Positions 1 to 9,003 of a stretch of DNA of 64,000 nucleotides are shown here, piece by piece. The stretch spans positions 1,248,001 to 1,312,000 of the forward strand of contig OY970364.1 of NCBI GenBank assembly GCA_963718565.1, read 5' to 3'. The first letter of the stretch is position 1. Each line of letters opens with the position of its first letter. A model generated the notes under the pieces. That model had not been told where the DNA came from. It was given only the letters and a program-made list of their open reading frames with translations, and searched no databases. The stretch comes from an uncultured Verrucomicrobiae bacterium (GTDB taxonomy: Bacteria > Chlamydiota > Chlamydiia > Chlamydiales > Rhabdochlamydiaceae). The position numbers and the translations under genes were made by a program.

Positions 1-231
1 TCGCAACCTCCTTTATTGCTTTCAAAATCTCAATGGGAGACGGTTGCAAGCACCAGTGTTAAAGAAAATTCAAAACCTCAAACCCCTTCCCCTACTCCCG
101 AAGCCAAGCTTCCGATTCCTCCCATAGAAAGCACTGCTTCAGTTCCAGGTGCTTCGCAAAGTCGTTATGACACATTGATGCGCTTTGCTGCAGTGGAACT
201 CGAGGGGATCATAAAAAAGGAGCAAAACTAA
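1..231 (+). CDS. dnaX: DNA polymerase III gamma/tau, C-terminal end (partial)
   Basis: Pro/Ser-rich linker ending DTLMRFAAVELEG, resembling the chlamydial DnaX tail; directly upstream of ybaB (conserved dnaX-ybaB order). Confidence 0.7.
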   Translation, partial: SQPPLLLSKSQWETVASTSVKENSKPQTPSPTPEAKLPIPPIESTASVPGASQSRYDTLMRFAAVELEGIIKKEQN

Positions 232-542
232 TGGGTAGCGGTTATTCCAAAATGAAAAAGCAAGCTAAGCTCATGGAGCAACAGCTTGAAATGATGCGTG
301 GTGAAATGAAAAACAAGCAAGCGTCCGGAAGTGCTGGAAACGGGCTTGTCACCGTTGTTGTCAATGGCGAGAAAGAACTTCTTGAAATCAAGATCAAGCC
401 AGAATGCGTCGATACGAGCGATCTCGAAGGACTCCAAGATCTCATTAAAGCTGCATGCGATGATGCTTATAGTAAGCTCTCCGATAACCCCATGAACAAT
501 TTCTCTCTTCCTGGAGGAATGAATCTTCCTCTTGGCTTTTAG
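231..542 (+). CDS. ybaB: YbaB/EbfC nucleoid-associated protein
   Basis: GSAGNGLVTVVVNG...IKIKPECVD..DLEGLQDLIKAA family motif. Confidence 0.92.
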   Translation: MGSGYSKMKKQAKLMEQQLEMMRGEMKNKQASGSAGNGLVTVVVNGEKELLEIKIKPECVDTSDLEGLQDLIKAACDDAYSKLSDNPMNNFSLPGGMNLPLGF

Positions 543-589
543 AAGCTGTCTTGAAACATAGTTATTTTGATTAATGAGGCTTCGTGAAT

Positions 590-2650
590 TTATCCTGATT
601 TTTGACAAGTCATTATGCGCCACTGCAAGTCGGATAAAAATTTTGCATTACTTGATAAATGCTTATCTTCAGAAATCTCTTTTCTATGAAAGCGAGTGTT
701 TTCAGGTTTTTGCGTAAAATACGATTCAAAAGTTTTGAAATCGATCAACTCACCATTTTTTTTCACAAAACTCCAAAAGTTAGCTCCATTTACATAAAAT
801 TGCTCCTTTTGTAGCTTCTCGTATTTTACTAACAGCTCTTCACGATTTCTTTCTGCGATTTTACAAGGAAGTGCAAATGATTCTCCATCATCTTCCTCTT
901 TAAAATCGATCAATTCTATTGTAGCGATAATTGGTAAATTGGGAGGTAAATAGGAGTCCTCGCCGTAGCCATATTCTGGGTGAATGTAGAGTTTTTTTAT
1001 TTCACCTCGTTTCATGCCTGTTAGGGCATGGGCAACGCCTGGAATAAACTGCTTGATGTTTTCGTTTTTTACTGTCCCCACATTCGATGTGCTCTCGCCT
1101 AAAACATGAAACGAATAATGCAATGTTGCATATTTAATTTTGGAAGTAGCCGGAGCTGCTTTACCCTGCCGCAAAACTTTAAAATATAATTTATCGTCAA
1201 CTAGTGCGATAATCGCTTTATGGGTGCGGAGCTGATGGAAATATTGTTTTGATTTTTCAAGATTGTCTACCCGCTCTAAATCTTTTTCAGTAACATAAAT
1301 TTCCCATTTCCGCTTGTGCATTTCTTGAGAAAGCTCGGGGCAATAGATACCGCTTTCTTCATCGCATGCTCCTTGCAAAAATGCTTTTGTTAAACATTCA
1401 TGAACATATTTCTCAGTTTTTATCTCTTGATGAATGATGTCTACCAGCCTATTTGCTATTGCTTCCTTATCTTCAGGTAAAGAAAGTGGAAGCGTTGTTG
1501 GTCGAGGTGGCAGATCTAGTTGGCCGGAGGACGTCGTTAATAATTTAAGCAGCGTTTTTTCCAAAAAGTCATTTGCATTAACAGTCTTTATAATCTCCTT
1601 ACGATTCACTTCATACATAGCAAGGAGAGCCTTGCTCTCTTGCGAGCTAGGTTCACAGCCAAAGTGGGGGAGTTTATAGGAATTAAATGGTTTTAACTTC
1701 CGCGATACAGCAACCCGTTTTCTTATTTCCTGATACTCATCAGCTAAACAATTAAAGCCGATAGAAGGGGGATGAAGGGTTTTCGGCGAAGGGAGAAGAT
1801 GCATACGTGTCATTTTGGAGAGAAATGGGAATTCCTCATTTCGATCTGATGCAAAAGCATTGGAAATCAACTCTTCTCTGGAAATGAGAAGAGCATTTTG
1901 CGTCCCATAACCCAATAAAACTCCCAATAGAACATTGTCATTTTTCAGAACATCATAAAATTGATCTTTTGCTTTCATTAGATCTTGTAATAAACTGTCA
2001 GCAGTAAGCGTGGGCCCTAATGCATATCGAAACAATGAAAGGTTTTCATTTACTACCTTTAAAAACGCTTGACGATTGATGCAGATGAGGTGCTGATAGC
2101 CATTTTTTGCGTCGAGGATTAAAAAAAAATAAGCCTTGTCTTCTGAAGATATGTTCAACGCTTGCCAAAACTCTACCCCCTTAAGAATACAAAGGGCTTT
2201 TTCATCGATTCCTGATAGGGCCTCGACTTCTAGAGGATACCCTTCTATGGACATGGGCTTATCGCCATAGAGAACATAACCGCTGAACGAATCCTTGATT
2301 AAAGCATTGAAGAATTCTTTGAGGATGATACTCTGCTCTCCGGACAAAGAATGCACAAATGATTTTATCTCTTTTTTTGAATCCCCCCAGAGAGATGCCG
2401 AAAATAAGAGCAAAACTCCGAAAATATAGAGGGAATTGCAAAACTCCTTGCCAGCAGAAAATCGATGATTTTGGCACCTGTTGCCAGAACCCGCATAGCG
2501 GGTTCGGTTGGCGGCGGCGAAAGCATACTTGGATAAGTAGGAGAGCCGCCGCCAAGGCGATAGGTGCCAACTGCATAGCCAACGCAGCCAAAAAACCAAC
2601 TTTTGAATCACTTCCGGTATAAACGCTTGCATAAATAGGTTCCTACTCAA
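590..2650 (-). CDS. Large exported protein: uncharacterised N-terminal domain plus C-terminal FKBP/Mip-type PPIase domain
   Basis: FKBP motif IPGVAHALTGMKRGEIKKLYIHPEYGYG..LPPN; N-domain motifs GYVLYGDKPMS and LLGVLLGYG shared with 28880..30736; N-terminus contains a palindromic insert. Confidence 0.75.
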   Translation of the reverse strand: MSRNLFMQAFIPEVIQKLVFWLRWLCSWHLSPWRRLSYLSKYAFAAANRTRYAGSGNRCQNHRFSAGKEFCNSLYIFGVLLLFSASLWGDSKKEIKSFVHSLSGEQSIILKEFFNALIKDSFSGYVLYGDKPMSIEGYPLEVEALSGIDEKALCILKGVEFWQALNISSEDKAYFFLILDAKNGYQHLICINRQAFLKVVNENLSLFRYALGPTLTADSLLQDLMKAKDQFYDVLKNDNVLLGVLLGYGTQNALLISREELISNAFASDRNEEFPFLSKMTRMHLLPSPKTLHPPSIGFNCLADEYQEIRKRVAVSRKLKPFNSYKLPHFGCEPSSQESKALLAMYEVNRKEIIKTVNANDFLEKTLLKLLTTSSGQLDLPPRPTTLPLSLPEDKEAIANRLVDIIHQEIKTEKYVHECLTKAFLQGACDEESGIYCPELSQEMHKRKWEIYVTEKDLERVDNLEKSKQYFHQLRTHKAIIALVDDKLYFKVLRQGKAAPATSKIKYATLHYSFHVLGESTSNVGTVKNENIKQFIPGVAHALTGMKRGEIKKLYIHPEYGYGEDSYLPPNLPIIATIELIDFKEEDDGESFALPCKIAERNREELLVKYEKLQKEQFYVNGANFWSFVKKNGELIDFKTFESYFTQKPENTRFHRKEISEDKHLSSNAKFLSDLQWRIMTCQKSG
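2429..2621. repeat. Composite palindromic element (family C end plus family B body) inside the FKBP-protein ORF
   Basis: 2429-2448 gagggaattgcaaaactcct is the exact reverse complement of 46230-46249; the rest shares atttTGGCA, acttg.ataagt and cgcagccaaaaa...cggtata with 30940-31112. Confidence 0.75.
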
Positions 2651-2675
2651 CTTAATTTATACGGCGCGCCGTATA

Positions 2676-2847
2676 TATACTGCGCCCGTTTAGGTTTTGC
2701 GAATTTTGACAGGCTGCGACTTTGCCAAATCGATCCTTCTCGCTCGCCTTGCTATTCAGCAATGGTCTCGCTCGTTCGGCCGCTTCGCTTCGATTTTGCT
2801 TCGTCTCGCAGAGTCGAAATTCGCAAAACCTAAGCGGGCGCAGTATA
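2676..2847. repeat. Palindromic element family A (172 bp, MITE/RPE-like)
   Basis: 35-bp terminal inverted repeats tatactgcgcccg...cgggcgcagtata with 2 mismatches; internal motifs shared with 42331-42576. Confidence 0.9.
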
Positions 2848-2850
2848 CAA

Positions 2851-3228
2851 TTAATGTGCAAAATTTTCCCCTATAAAATAGGGACACCCATCTTCATTAC
2901 AATACCAAGTTCCCTTTACTCTATAAATACCAATATGGCCATTCGGACATGTAGGATCTCGTGCATCGATATAATACCTTTCGCCATTCCAGTATACCCT
3001 CTCTAGGGAAATCCATTGCGACATGTCATTTTGTATATAGGGCTGATTTTTATAAAAGCAGAGTTTTTCAGGGAGTAAATATGCTTTCCCATCTTCTATC
3101 TTCGAAATGCTGTTACTACACGCATCTAACAATTCGTTTGAGACTTGAACCCGATAAGCGGACTCATGTGCAACCAAAGCAAAGTTCAAAGAAAGGAGCA
3201 CTGTCGTTAGAAACATCAAATATTTCAT
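2851..3228 (-). CDS. Small exported protein with C-terminal Cys/His cluster (CPNGH...CNEDGCP)
   Basis: Signal-peptide-like N-terminus, RBS gagg upstream; paralog-like to 28548..28898. Confidence 0.75.
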   Translation of the reverse strand: MKYLMFLTTVLLSLNFALVAHESAYRVQVSNELLDACSNSISKIEDGKAYLLPEKLCFYKNQPYIQNDMSQWISLERVYWNGERYYIDARDPTCPNGHIGIYRVKGTWYCNEDGCPYFIGENFAH

Positions 3229-3523
3229 AAAAAAACCTCATTGTTGTTGATCTCCAGCCATTTTTCAATTGAGAGTGGTAGAAAGAGTTTTAATCCATTT
3301 ATCTAGTTTTAGCCAATCAAAAGTTCACCAACTTCTTGCTCAAAAACTAGCTTTCCCTCTAAAGTGGCCGAGCTAGGTTTTGACGTCAGTCGTATTGATC
3401 AGAAATGGAAGTTCACATTTATCAAGGCTATCAAAACGGAAAGGGAGTTAAACCAACCAGGTCTGGATTCGTTGATTCCTTCATCGCTTTTAAATTGATT
3501 TGCATTTGCCAGGATTATGAATG

Positions 3524-3728
3524 TTAGAGCACGGTATGCTGCATACTTTTATGAATCTCTTTTGCGTGCTGATGTAGACTGCGATCGAGATACATGGTTT
3601 TTCCAGTTATTTCCAGAGATAGCTTGTTAAAGTAGTTAAATATTTCGGTAAAAATCGTATCAAATATTTCTTGAGTGATTACTATCCTGTCTCCTTCTTG
3701 GAATTTAACGATGATGCCTTTGGTTGAT
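3524..3728 (-). pseudogene. Start-less gene fragment truncated by a family C element
   Basis: About 66 open codons (KGIIVKFQEGDRIV...SMQHTVL*) with no start codon before the hairpin at 3729. Confidence 0.35.
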
Positions 3729-3841
3729 GAGGGAATTGCAAAACTAACAAAACGGGGTGATTTTCTGGGGGAAATTATTTAGCTAATCAGCTTAATCTCC
3801 CCCAGGAAATCACCCCGTTTTGTCAATCTCGCAATTCGCTC
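3729..3841. repeat. Palindromic element family C
   Basis: gagggaattgcaaaactaacaaaacggggtgatt...aatcaccccgttttgtcaatctcgcaattcgctc forms a long hairpin. Confidence 0.8.
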
Positions 3842-4248
3842 GAAAAATGGCTGCGATTCTGCCTCCATTTACCAATGCAAAAATCCTCATGGCTGATATG
3901 ATATCTTCTTGGAAAACACACCAAATCAGCCAAAGGAACAGCCCAATAGCAAGATCGTTGGCAGCACAGGAAGTGGAGTTCGTTGTGAAACCCAAGAAGA
4001 AGGGCCATCCCAAGAAGGGTGAGGAAAAGCCAACGTCGGAGCTCACACGGATAGAAAAACAAAAGAGGATGACATTGGAAGAAATGTTAAATGACCTGCC
4101 CAAAGCGTGTGATAAAGGAGCAAAGAAAGATAGCAAGGGTAATATCATGTATTGGACCGGGTACAAACTGCACTTGGACACCATAGACGGTGGTATCCCT
4201 GTAAGTTGTAAATTTTCGAGAGTTTTTTATATAAAATTACAAAGCTGA
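3820..4248 (+). pseudogene. DDE transposase fragment (IS4/IS5/IS1182-like)
   Basis: KKKGHPKKGE...DLPKACDKGAKKDSKG..YWTGYKLHLDTIDGGIPVS; truncated at both ends. Confidence 0.7.
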
Positions 4249-4310
4249 TGCGAAAAGGATGGTTTTTCGGGTCTGAAACAGGTTTTAGCAAATAAGACCC
4301 CGAAAAAATG

Positions 4311-6285
4311 GTACGTCCTTAAAAACTCATGGCAAAAGTTGAAGACCATTTTGATCCATGCCAAACTTACCACTTATCGATCTTGATTGGGCACGGATCG
4401 AAATGGTCTTCAACTTTTGCCAGAGTCTTCAAGGAAGTTAATGTACGTGCTACCAGTCAAGGTGTGGCCGGAGAGGCTGTTTGATAACGCTCATGAACAA
4501 ATTGTGCTAAATCGATCGGATCCCATCGAAACCACCGACTCAAATACTCCCAAAAGCTCACGCCAAGTCTGGCGCATGTCTGCTTGAGCGTCAATAGGCC
4601 GTCTCGAAATTGTCTGCCCTCTACGCTTTTGGTAGTGCCAGAGATATTTCTTCGTTTAGCCACACCTCGGATATCTTGCTCACTGTCATTATTGTGCAGG
4701 GGAAGGCCGGGATGATCAAGCGCTTTTAGCATTTCTTCGCGGTATTTGGAAAATGAAGCAATGACTTCATTAATCCCTGGGCTTGTGCTTTTCATTGCAA
4801 CCAGTTGGTCATATAGTTCATGCACCCCTGCCTTACCAACATGCTTCCAAGCTGCTTCTTTCACTTTTTCATACAGGATCCAAATCGCCTCGCGCACTTT
4901 TGCAAGTTCTTTCTCCGCTTCAGCAGTGGCGCACTTTAATTTACGCAAGGGCCGTTCCATATGCACCCAACATGCTGCGTGGTCAAACACTGCAAATTGT
5001 CCAGCTCGGTCTGACAATAGGATCTGACCTGGCTTTAGGATTGTTTCACTGATAAAACCAACCAATCCCGCTTCAATGCATTGCTGTCGCAGCTGTTTGC
5101 CTTCAACCCTTAAGCTATTCAGCAGTTGGTTAAGCCCCTTCTTTTTTCGGTACTTTTTCCCCATATGTTCTTCAAGCCGGTTGAGCCAATCATCCTTAAC
5201 GCCACATTGGAAGAGATGCCATATGAATGCTTCATTGATCGCATAACCCTCTTTACCTTGGAGTAAAATTCTCAGGAAGTTTTTCCGTGATTTGCTGGAG
5301 GCTGTTGTGTAATAAGCAAAATACTCACCTCCTATATGCGTGCAATATACATTTTTGTGTTGATGCTTTTCACCAGTATCATCTGTTCGGATGTAGGGAG
5401 CTTCTTTAAGCCCAGCGGTTAAGATTTTTTCGCTCTCTTGGTGGTATGCGTCGGATTCATTGATGAGAATGTTGTGAACTTGCCCTTCAGAAATTTCGAT
5501 TCCAGTTCCTCTTAGAAGGTCAAAAAGCCCCGGTTCTGTCATCCCAAGAGCGTAGAGATTGTGAGCAAGAGCGCGCAATTGATGACCAAAGTGGGATCCT
5601 TGAACTTCTGGAGGCAGAGATGCACGCACTATACTACCATCGGGAGATTGCCAGACCTCGAGCTTATAGGTTATGTCCTTAGGCACAGTCTCTAGTTCTT
5701 GAACGACATAGGTCTGGTAGCCCTTAAAGCGAGATCCTTTTGGGATTCCTGTGGCTACAATGCGCACTTCCTGTTGTACTTTCTGTGGAACCATTCCTCT
5801 TGCAGTAGTCGAGTTGATCCTACCAGTATTATTACCAGGAGCTCCGCTCCTCGCCTTGGGGTTTCCTCCTCCTGGCCTGAATTTAGGTCTTTTAGGCGTT
5901 TTTGTTAGACGTGTGATTTCATCTTTGAGTTCTTGCACTGTCTTCTTCAAAGAGACTATTTCCTCGCTCTGCTCCTGAACAAGGACGACGATTGTCTGAA
6001 GCCAAGGAACAGCGTGCAGTTCTGAAGGGATCTTAGAAAGGCATTTGTTTGAGTTCATGCCAGAGCAGTCTAAATATAGGGCGCTCTGTTATCAAGCGAA
6101 AGTTTTATTAATGGGTCTGGGCGTTTTGTTCTGACTTTACAAGCCGCTCAATTCATACCTCCTCGGAGACCTGTGGCAAGCACTGAATGTCATTTGGATC
6201 CATGCCTGATTGAGATCGATAAATGCAAAGCCTGGCATGGATCCAAATGACATTCAGTGCTTGCCACAGGTTTTTGAGGACGTAC
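4311..6285 (-). mobile_element. IS66-family element (single-ORF, ISBst12-type), 1975 bp
   Basis: Imperfect IRs gtacgtcct(t/c)aaaaac..tggcaa; 8-bp target duplication aaaaaatg at 4303-4310 and 6286-6293. Confidence 0.92.
4457..6058 (-). CDS. IS66-family transposase
   Basis: N-terminal coiled coil, TDDTG, LLSDRA, CWVHMER and HNNDSEQDIR motifs. Confidence 0.9.
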   Translation of the reverse strand: MNSNKCLSKIPSELHAVPWLQTIVVLVQEQSEEIVSLKKTVQELKDEITRLTKTPKRPKFRPGGGNPKARSGAPGNNTGRINSTTARGMVPQKVQQEVRIVATGIPKGSRFKGYQTYVVQELETVPKDITYKLEVWQSPDGSIVRASLPPEVQGSHFGHQLRALAHNLYALGMTEPGLFDLLRGTGIEISEGQVHNILINESDAYHQESEKILTAGLKEAPYIRTDDTGEKHQHKNVYCTHIGGEYFAYYTTASSKSRKNFLRILLQGKEGYAINEAFIWHLFQCGVKDDWLNRLEEHMGKKYRKKKGLNQLLNSLRVEGKQLRQQCIEAGLVGFISETILKPGQILLSDRAGQFAVFDHAACWVHMERPLRKLKCATAEAEKELAKVREAIWILYEKVKEAAWKHVGKAGVHELYDQLVAMKSTSPGINEVIASFSKYREEMLKALDHPGLPLHNNDSEQDIRGVAKRRNISGTTKSVEGRQFRDGLLTLKQTCARLGVSFWEYLSRWFRWDPIDLAQFVHERYQTASPATP

Positions 6286-6444
6286 AAAAAATGTCCTTTT
6301 CGCGTTAGTTTTGCAATTCCCTCTATCGTTTCGGACTTTATTTACATGTTCGGTATAAAACGCATCTTACTTATAATTAAGTAATTGCGAATTTAATTAA
6401 GTCAAACAACAATTAACAACAACAATCAAGCCCTGTACAAGCCC

Positions 6445-6473
6445 TTGACATTTTTAAAAATTCTTATTACAAT
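6445..6473 (+). promoter_or_regulatory. sigma70/sigma66-type promoter
   Basis: TTGACA-N17-TACAAT; RBS aaggag before ATG 6509. Confidence 0.7.
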
Positions 6474-6508
6474 CTTTAATAGGAGAACTGTAAATAAAGG
6501 AGTTTTTT

Positions 6509-6922
6509 ATGAATACACCGCCGATTGACCCAACTGCCCCAACTTCTGGAGCCCCAGCAGGCGAAGACCCTTCCCAACAAGCACAAAATGACCTCGATCA
6601 AATCCAACAGATCAATCAACAGATCGAGCAAGCTTTGGCCGACGGAGCAAGTCCAGCAACTATCGAAGCTTTAGTTAAAAAGTTGCAAAAACCGATGAAT
6701 GATCTGGGAAACCTTGCTCCTCAATTGCCGCCAAGTGAACGCCAAATGATTAATAACGCTTACGAACAGTATCAATCTTTTTCGCAAGAAATAGAATTGA
6801 CCACTCCTTCTGCGATTGCGTTATTTCAAGGCGCTTGTGACACTGTCTCTCAATTAATCTCTGCGCCTTCAGGAGCAAATATCAATGCACAGGCGCTTTA
6901 TGGATCAAAATCAACTCTCTGA
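6509..6922 (+). CDS. Hypothetical helical protein (possibly 5' half of a frameshifted gene)
   Basis: Strong promoter and RBS; Pro/Ala/Gln-rich N-terminus; repeat homology with the downstream ORF. Confidence 0.65.
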   Translation: MNTPPIDPTAPTSGAPAGEDPSQQAQNDLDQIQQINQQIEQALADGASPATIEALVKKLQKPMNDLGNLAPQLPPSERQMINNAYEQYQSFSQEIELTTPSAIALFQGACDTVSQLISAPSGANINAQALYGSKSTL

Positions 6923-7196
6923 GCTTGCCAATGCTTTGAAATTGCAAATGCAGGCCCATGGTGGATCTGGGAACAAAGCTTGTGAGGACATCCTCACTGC
7001 TATGCAAGGTCCTCTTAATGACCTTCAGAAACAGTCAAATTCAGGAAAGTTGACTCCTGATCAAGCGGCATTCGTGAACGAGATCACGCTATTTTATCAA
7101 GACAATTTCCAAAAATATCAAACCATAACTCCCACTACCGTTGGTCAATTTCAACACCTTCTTGATGGCTTGAATGCTTTGTTGATTGAAGAATAA
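6885..7196 (+). CDS. Hypothetical helical protein (possibly 3' half of the same gene)
   Basis: MQGPLNDL..LTPDQ..TPTTVGQFQ parallels LQKPMNDL..LPPSE..TPSAIALFQ. Confidence 0.55.
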   Translation: MHRRFMDQNQLSELANALKLQMQAHGGSGNKACEDILTAMQGPLNDLQKQSNSGKLTPDQAAFVNEITLFYQDNFQKYQTITPTTVGQFQHLLDGLNALLIEE

Positions 7197-7247
7197 ATCT
7201 TCGAAGAACTCCTCCTTAGAAAAAGGGGTTAGACTGGACGCAATATA

Positions 7248-9002
7248 TTATGTGGAACTTGAATTGTTATACGCTTCGAGAAGAACTTGAGAAACTTCCC
7301 TTGTCGAATTGAGGCGCAAGACACGCCCCGCAAGCTCATAAGCGCTCAAAAGGCTTGTTTGCCGAATGGATCGTTTGACAATGGGAATATAACGGGGTGA
7401 ACAGGAAAGCTGGTCGACGCCAAGGCCGAGAAGTAGAGGCACGAAAAGTGGATTAGAGGCAATTTCGCCACAAATCGTGACGCTTTTGCCATAGCGCTTG
7501 GCCTCAGTGTTGACCATCTTGATCATCCTTAATACGCTGGGATGCGCTGGGTAGCAAAAATCGCTCATTGCCGGATTGCTGCGGTCGATGCCGAGGGTGT
7601 ATTGAACAAGATCGTTGGTGCCAATGGAAAGAAAGTCGCTTCTTTTTGCAAGGGCATCACAAATCAATACGGCGGAAGGAACCTCGATCATACAGCCGAC
7701 AGGAATGTTTGATTTAAATGGAATTCCTTGTACAGACAAGGATTGTTCCACTTCATGAATAAGTGTTCGCGTCGTTTCCAGTTCGCTAAGGTCAGAAATC
7801 AAAGGGAGTAGAATGCGGACATCGCCATGGGTTGCAGCTCGCAAAACTGCTCGAAGCTGGATTCTAAAAATTTCCAGATGGCAGAGCAAAAAACGAATCC
7901 CTCGACAGCCTAGCACGGGATTCGGCTCTCTTTCTGCTTCGGGAAAAAGTTCAGGGTTTTTGTCGCCCCCCACATCGAAGACGCGAATGACAATCGGTAA
8001 GTTGCCAACACTCTGGATCAACTTGACGTAAGCAAGATATTGGCCTTCTTCTGAAGAGATTAAATCCCGATTTTGAAAAAAAAGATACTCTGTACGAAAT
8101 AAACCCACTCCTTCAGCACCGATCTGTTGGATGTTTTCTAAATCGTTGATATTGCCTATGTTAGCGTGAACTTGAATCGAACACCCATCGATTGTTTCTG
8201 CATTGTACTGCAACTCTTTTTGAAGCAGTTGTAAAGAAGTCTTCAGGCAAGTTTTGCGTTGCTTATATTTTTTTATAGTCGCAGGTTTCGGATTGAAAAT
8301 CAGATCACCTGTCTGCCCATCGACAATGACAGAGCGCGATGAGATGTTCTGAAGCGCTGTAATATCAATGCAAGCAACATAAGGAATTCCCTTAGCACGA
8401 GCAATTAAAGCGGCATGAGAATTTCCTCCACCCGATTGTGTGACAAAAGCACTGACAAGACAGTGCTCTGCGGAGGCAGTATGTGAGGGGATCAGTTCTT
8501 TAGCAAAAACAATAGAATTGAAAGGAACATGGGAAAGGGAATTTCCTTTGCAGGGGCATAGGTGACCAAGAACGCGTTTGGCCAGGTCCATGACATCGAC
8601 AAGCCGCTCATGAAAAAATGGATTTGTCGTTTGCGAAAAACGCTTTTCATAATCTGTGATAACAGATTGAAATACGGACTCCGTGTTTTGTAGCATTTGA
8701 CGGATTTTCTCTTCCATGTGCACTGTCATGAGCGGATCATCGAGCATGGAAATATGAGAATCGATGATCGTTGCTGCATCTTCGGAGGCCTCCATGGCTA
8801 AGTGATTGCGCAACTCGGTTAAATCCTCACGGCTGGAAAATAGGGCGCTTCGGTAACGAGCGATCTCACGATCAACTTCTTTCAAAGTAATGGGAAATTC
8901 GGGAATTTCTTTTTCAACAGATTCCAGGAAAAAAGGGATACCGATAGCAATTCCATCGCTGACCGGGAATCCACGGATCAATATTTCTTCCTGGTTCGTC
9001 AT
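7248..9002 (-). CDS. ptsI: PTS enzyme I
   Basis: GGGNSHAALIAR phospho-His motif, GLFRTEY, SIGTNDL; start placed at MTNQEE. Confidence 0.95.
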   Translation of the reverse strand: MTNQEEILIRGFPVSDGIAIGIPFFLESVEKEIPEFPITLKEVDREIARYRSALFSSREDLTELRNHLAMEASEDAATIIDSHISMLDDPLMTVHMEEKIRQMLQNTESVFQSVITDYEKRFSQTTNPFFHERLVDVMDLAKRVLGHLCPCKGNSLSHVPFNSIVFAKELIPSHTASAEHCLVSAFVTQSGGGNSHAALIARAKGIPYVACIDITALQNISSRSVIVDGQTGDLIFNPKPATIKKYKQRKTCLKTSLQLLQKELQYNAETIDGCSIQVHANIGNINDLENIQQIGAEGVGLFRTEYLFFQNRDLISSEEGQYLAYVKLIQSVGNLPIVIRVFDVGGDKNPELFPEAEREPNPVLGCRGIRFLLCHLEIFRIQLRAVLRAATHGDVRILLPLISDLSELETTRTLIHEVEQSLSVQGIPFKSNIPVGCMIEVPSAVLICDALAKRSDFLSIGTNDLVQYTLGIDRSNPAMSDFCYPAHPSVLRMIKMVNTEAKRYGKSVTICGEIASNPLFVPLLLGLGVDQLSCSPRYIPIVKRSIRQTSLLSAYELAGRVLRLNSTREVSQVLLEAYNNSSST

Positions 9003-9003
9003 G

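Noticed and set aside
2259..3006. ORFs 2259-2591, 2359-2622, 2652-2861 and 2722-3006
   Set aside because: Open frames arising from palindromic elements or antisense overlap.
2429..6323. CRISPR array or integron attC array from clustered palindromes
   Set aside because: No regularly spaced direct repeats, no cas or integrase gene, and no consistent RYYYAAC/GTTRRRY ends.
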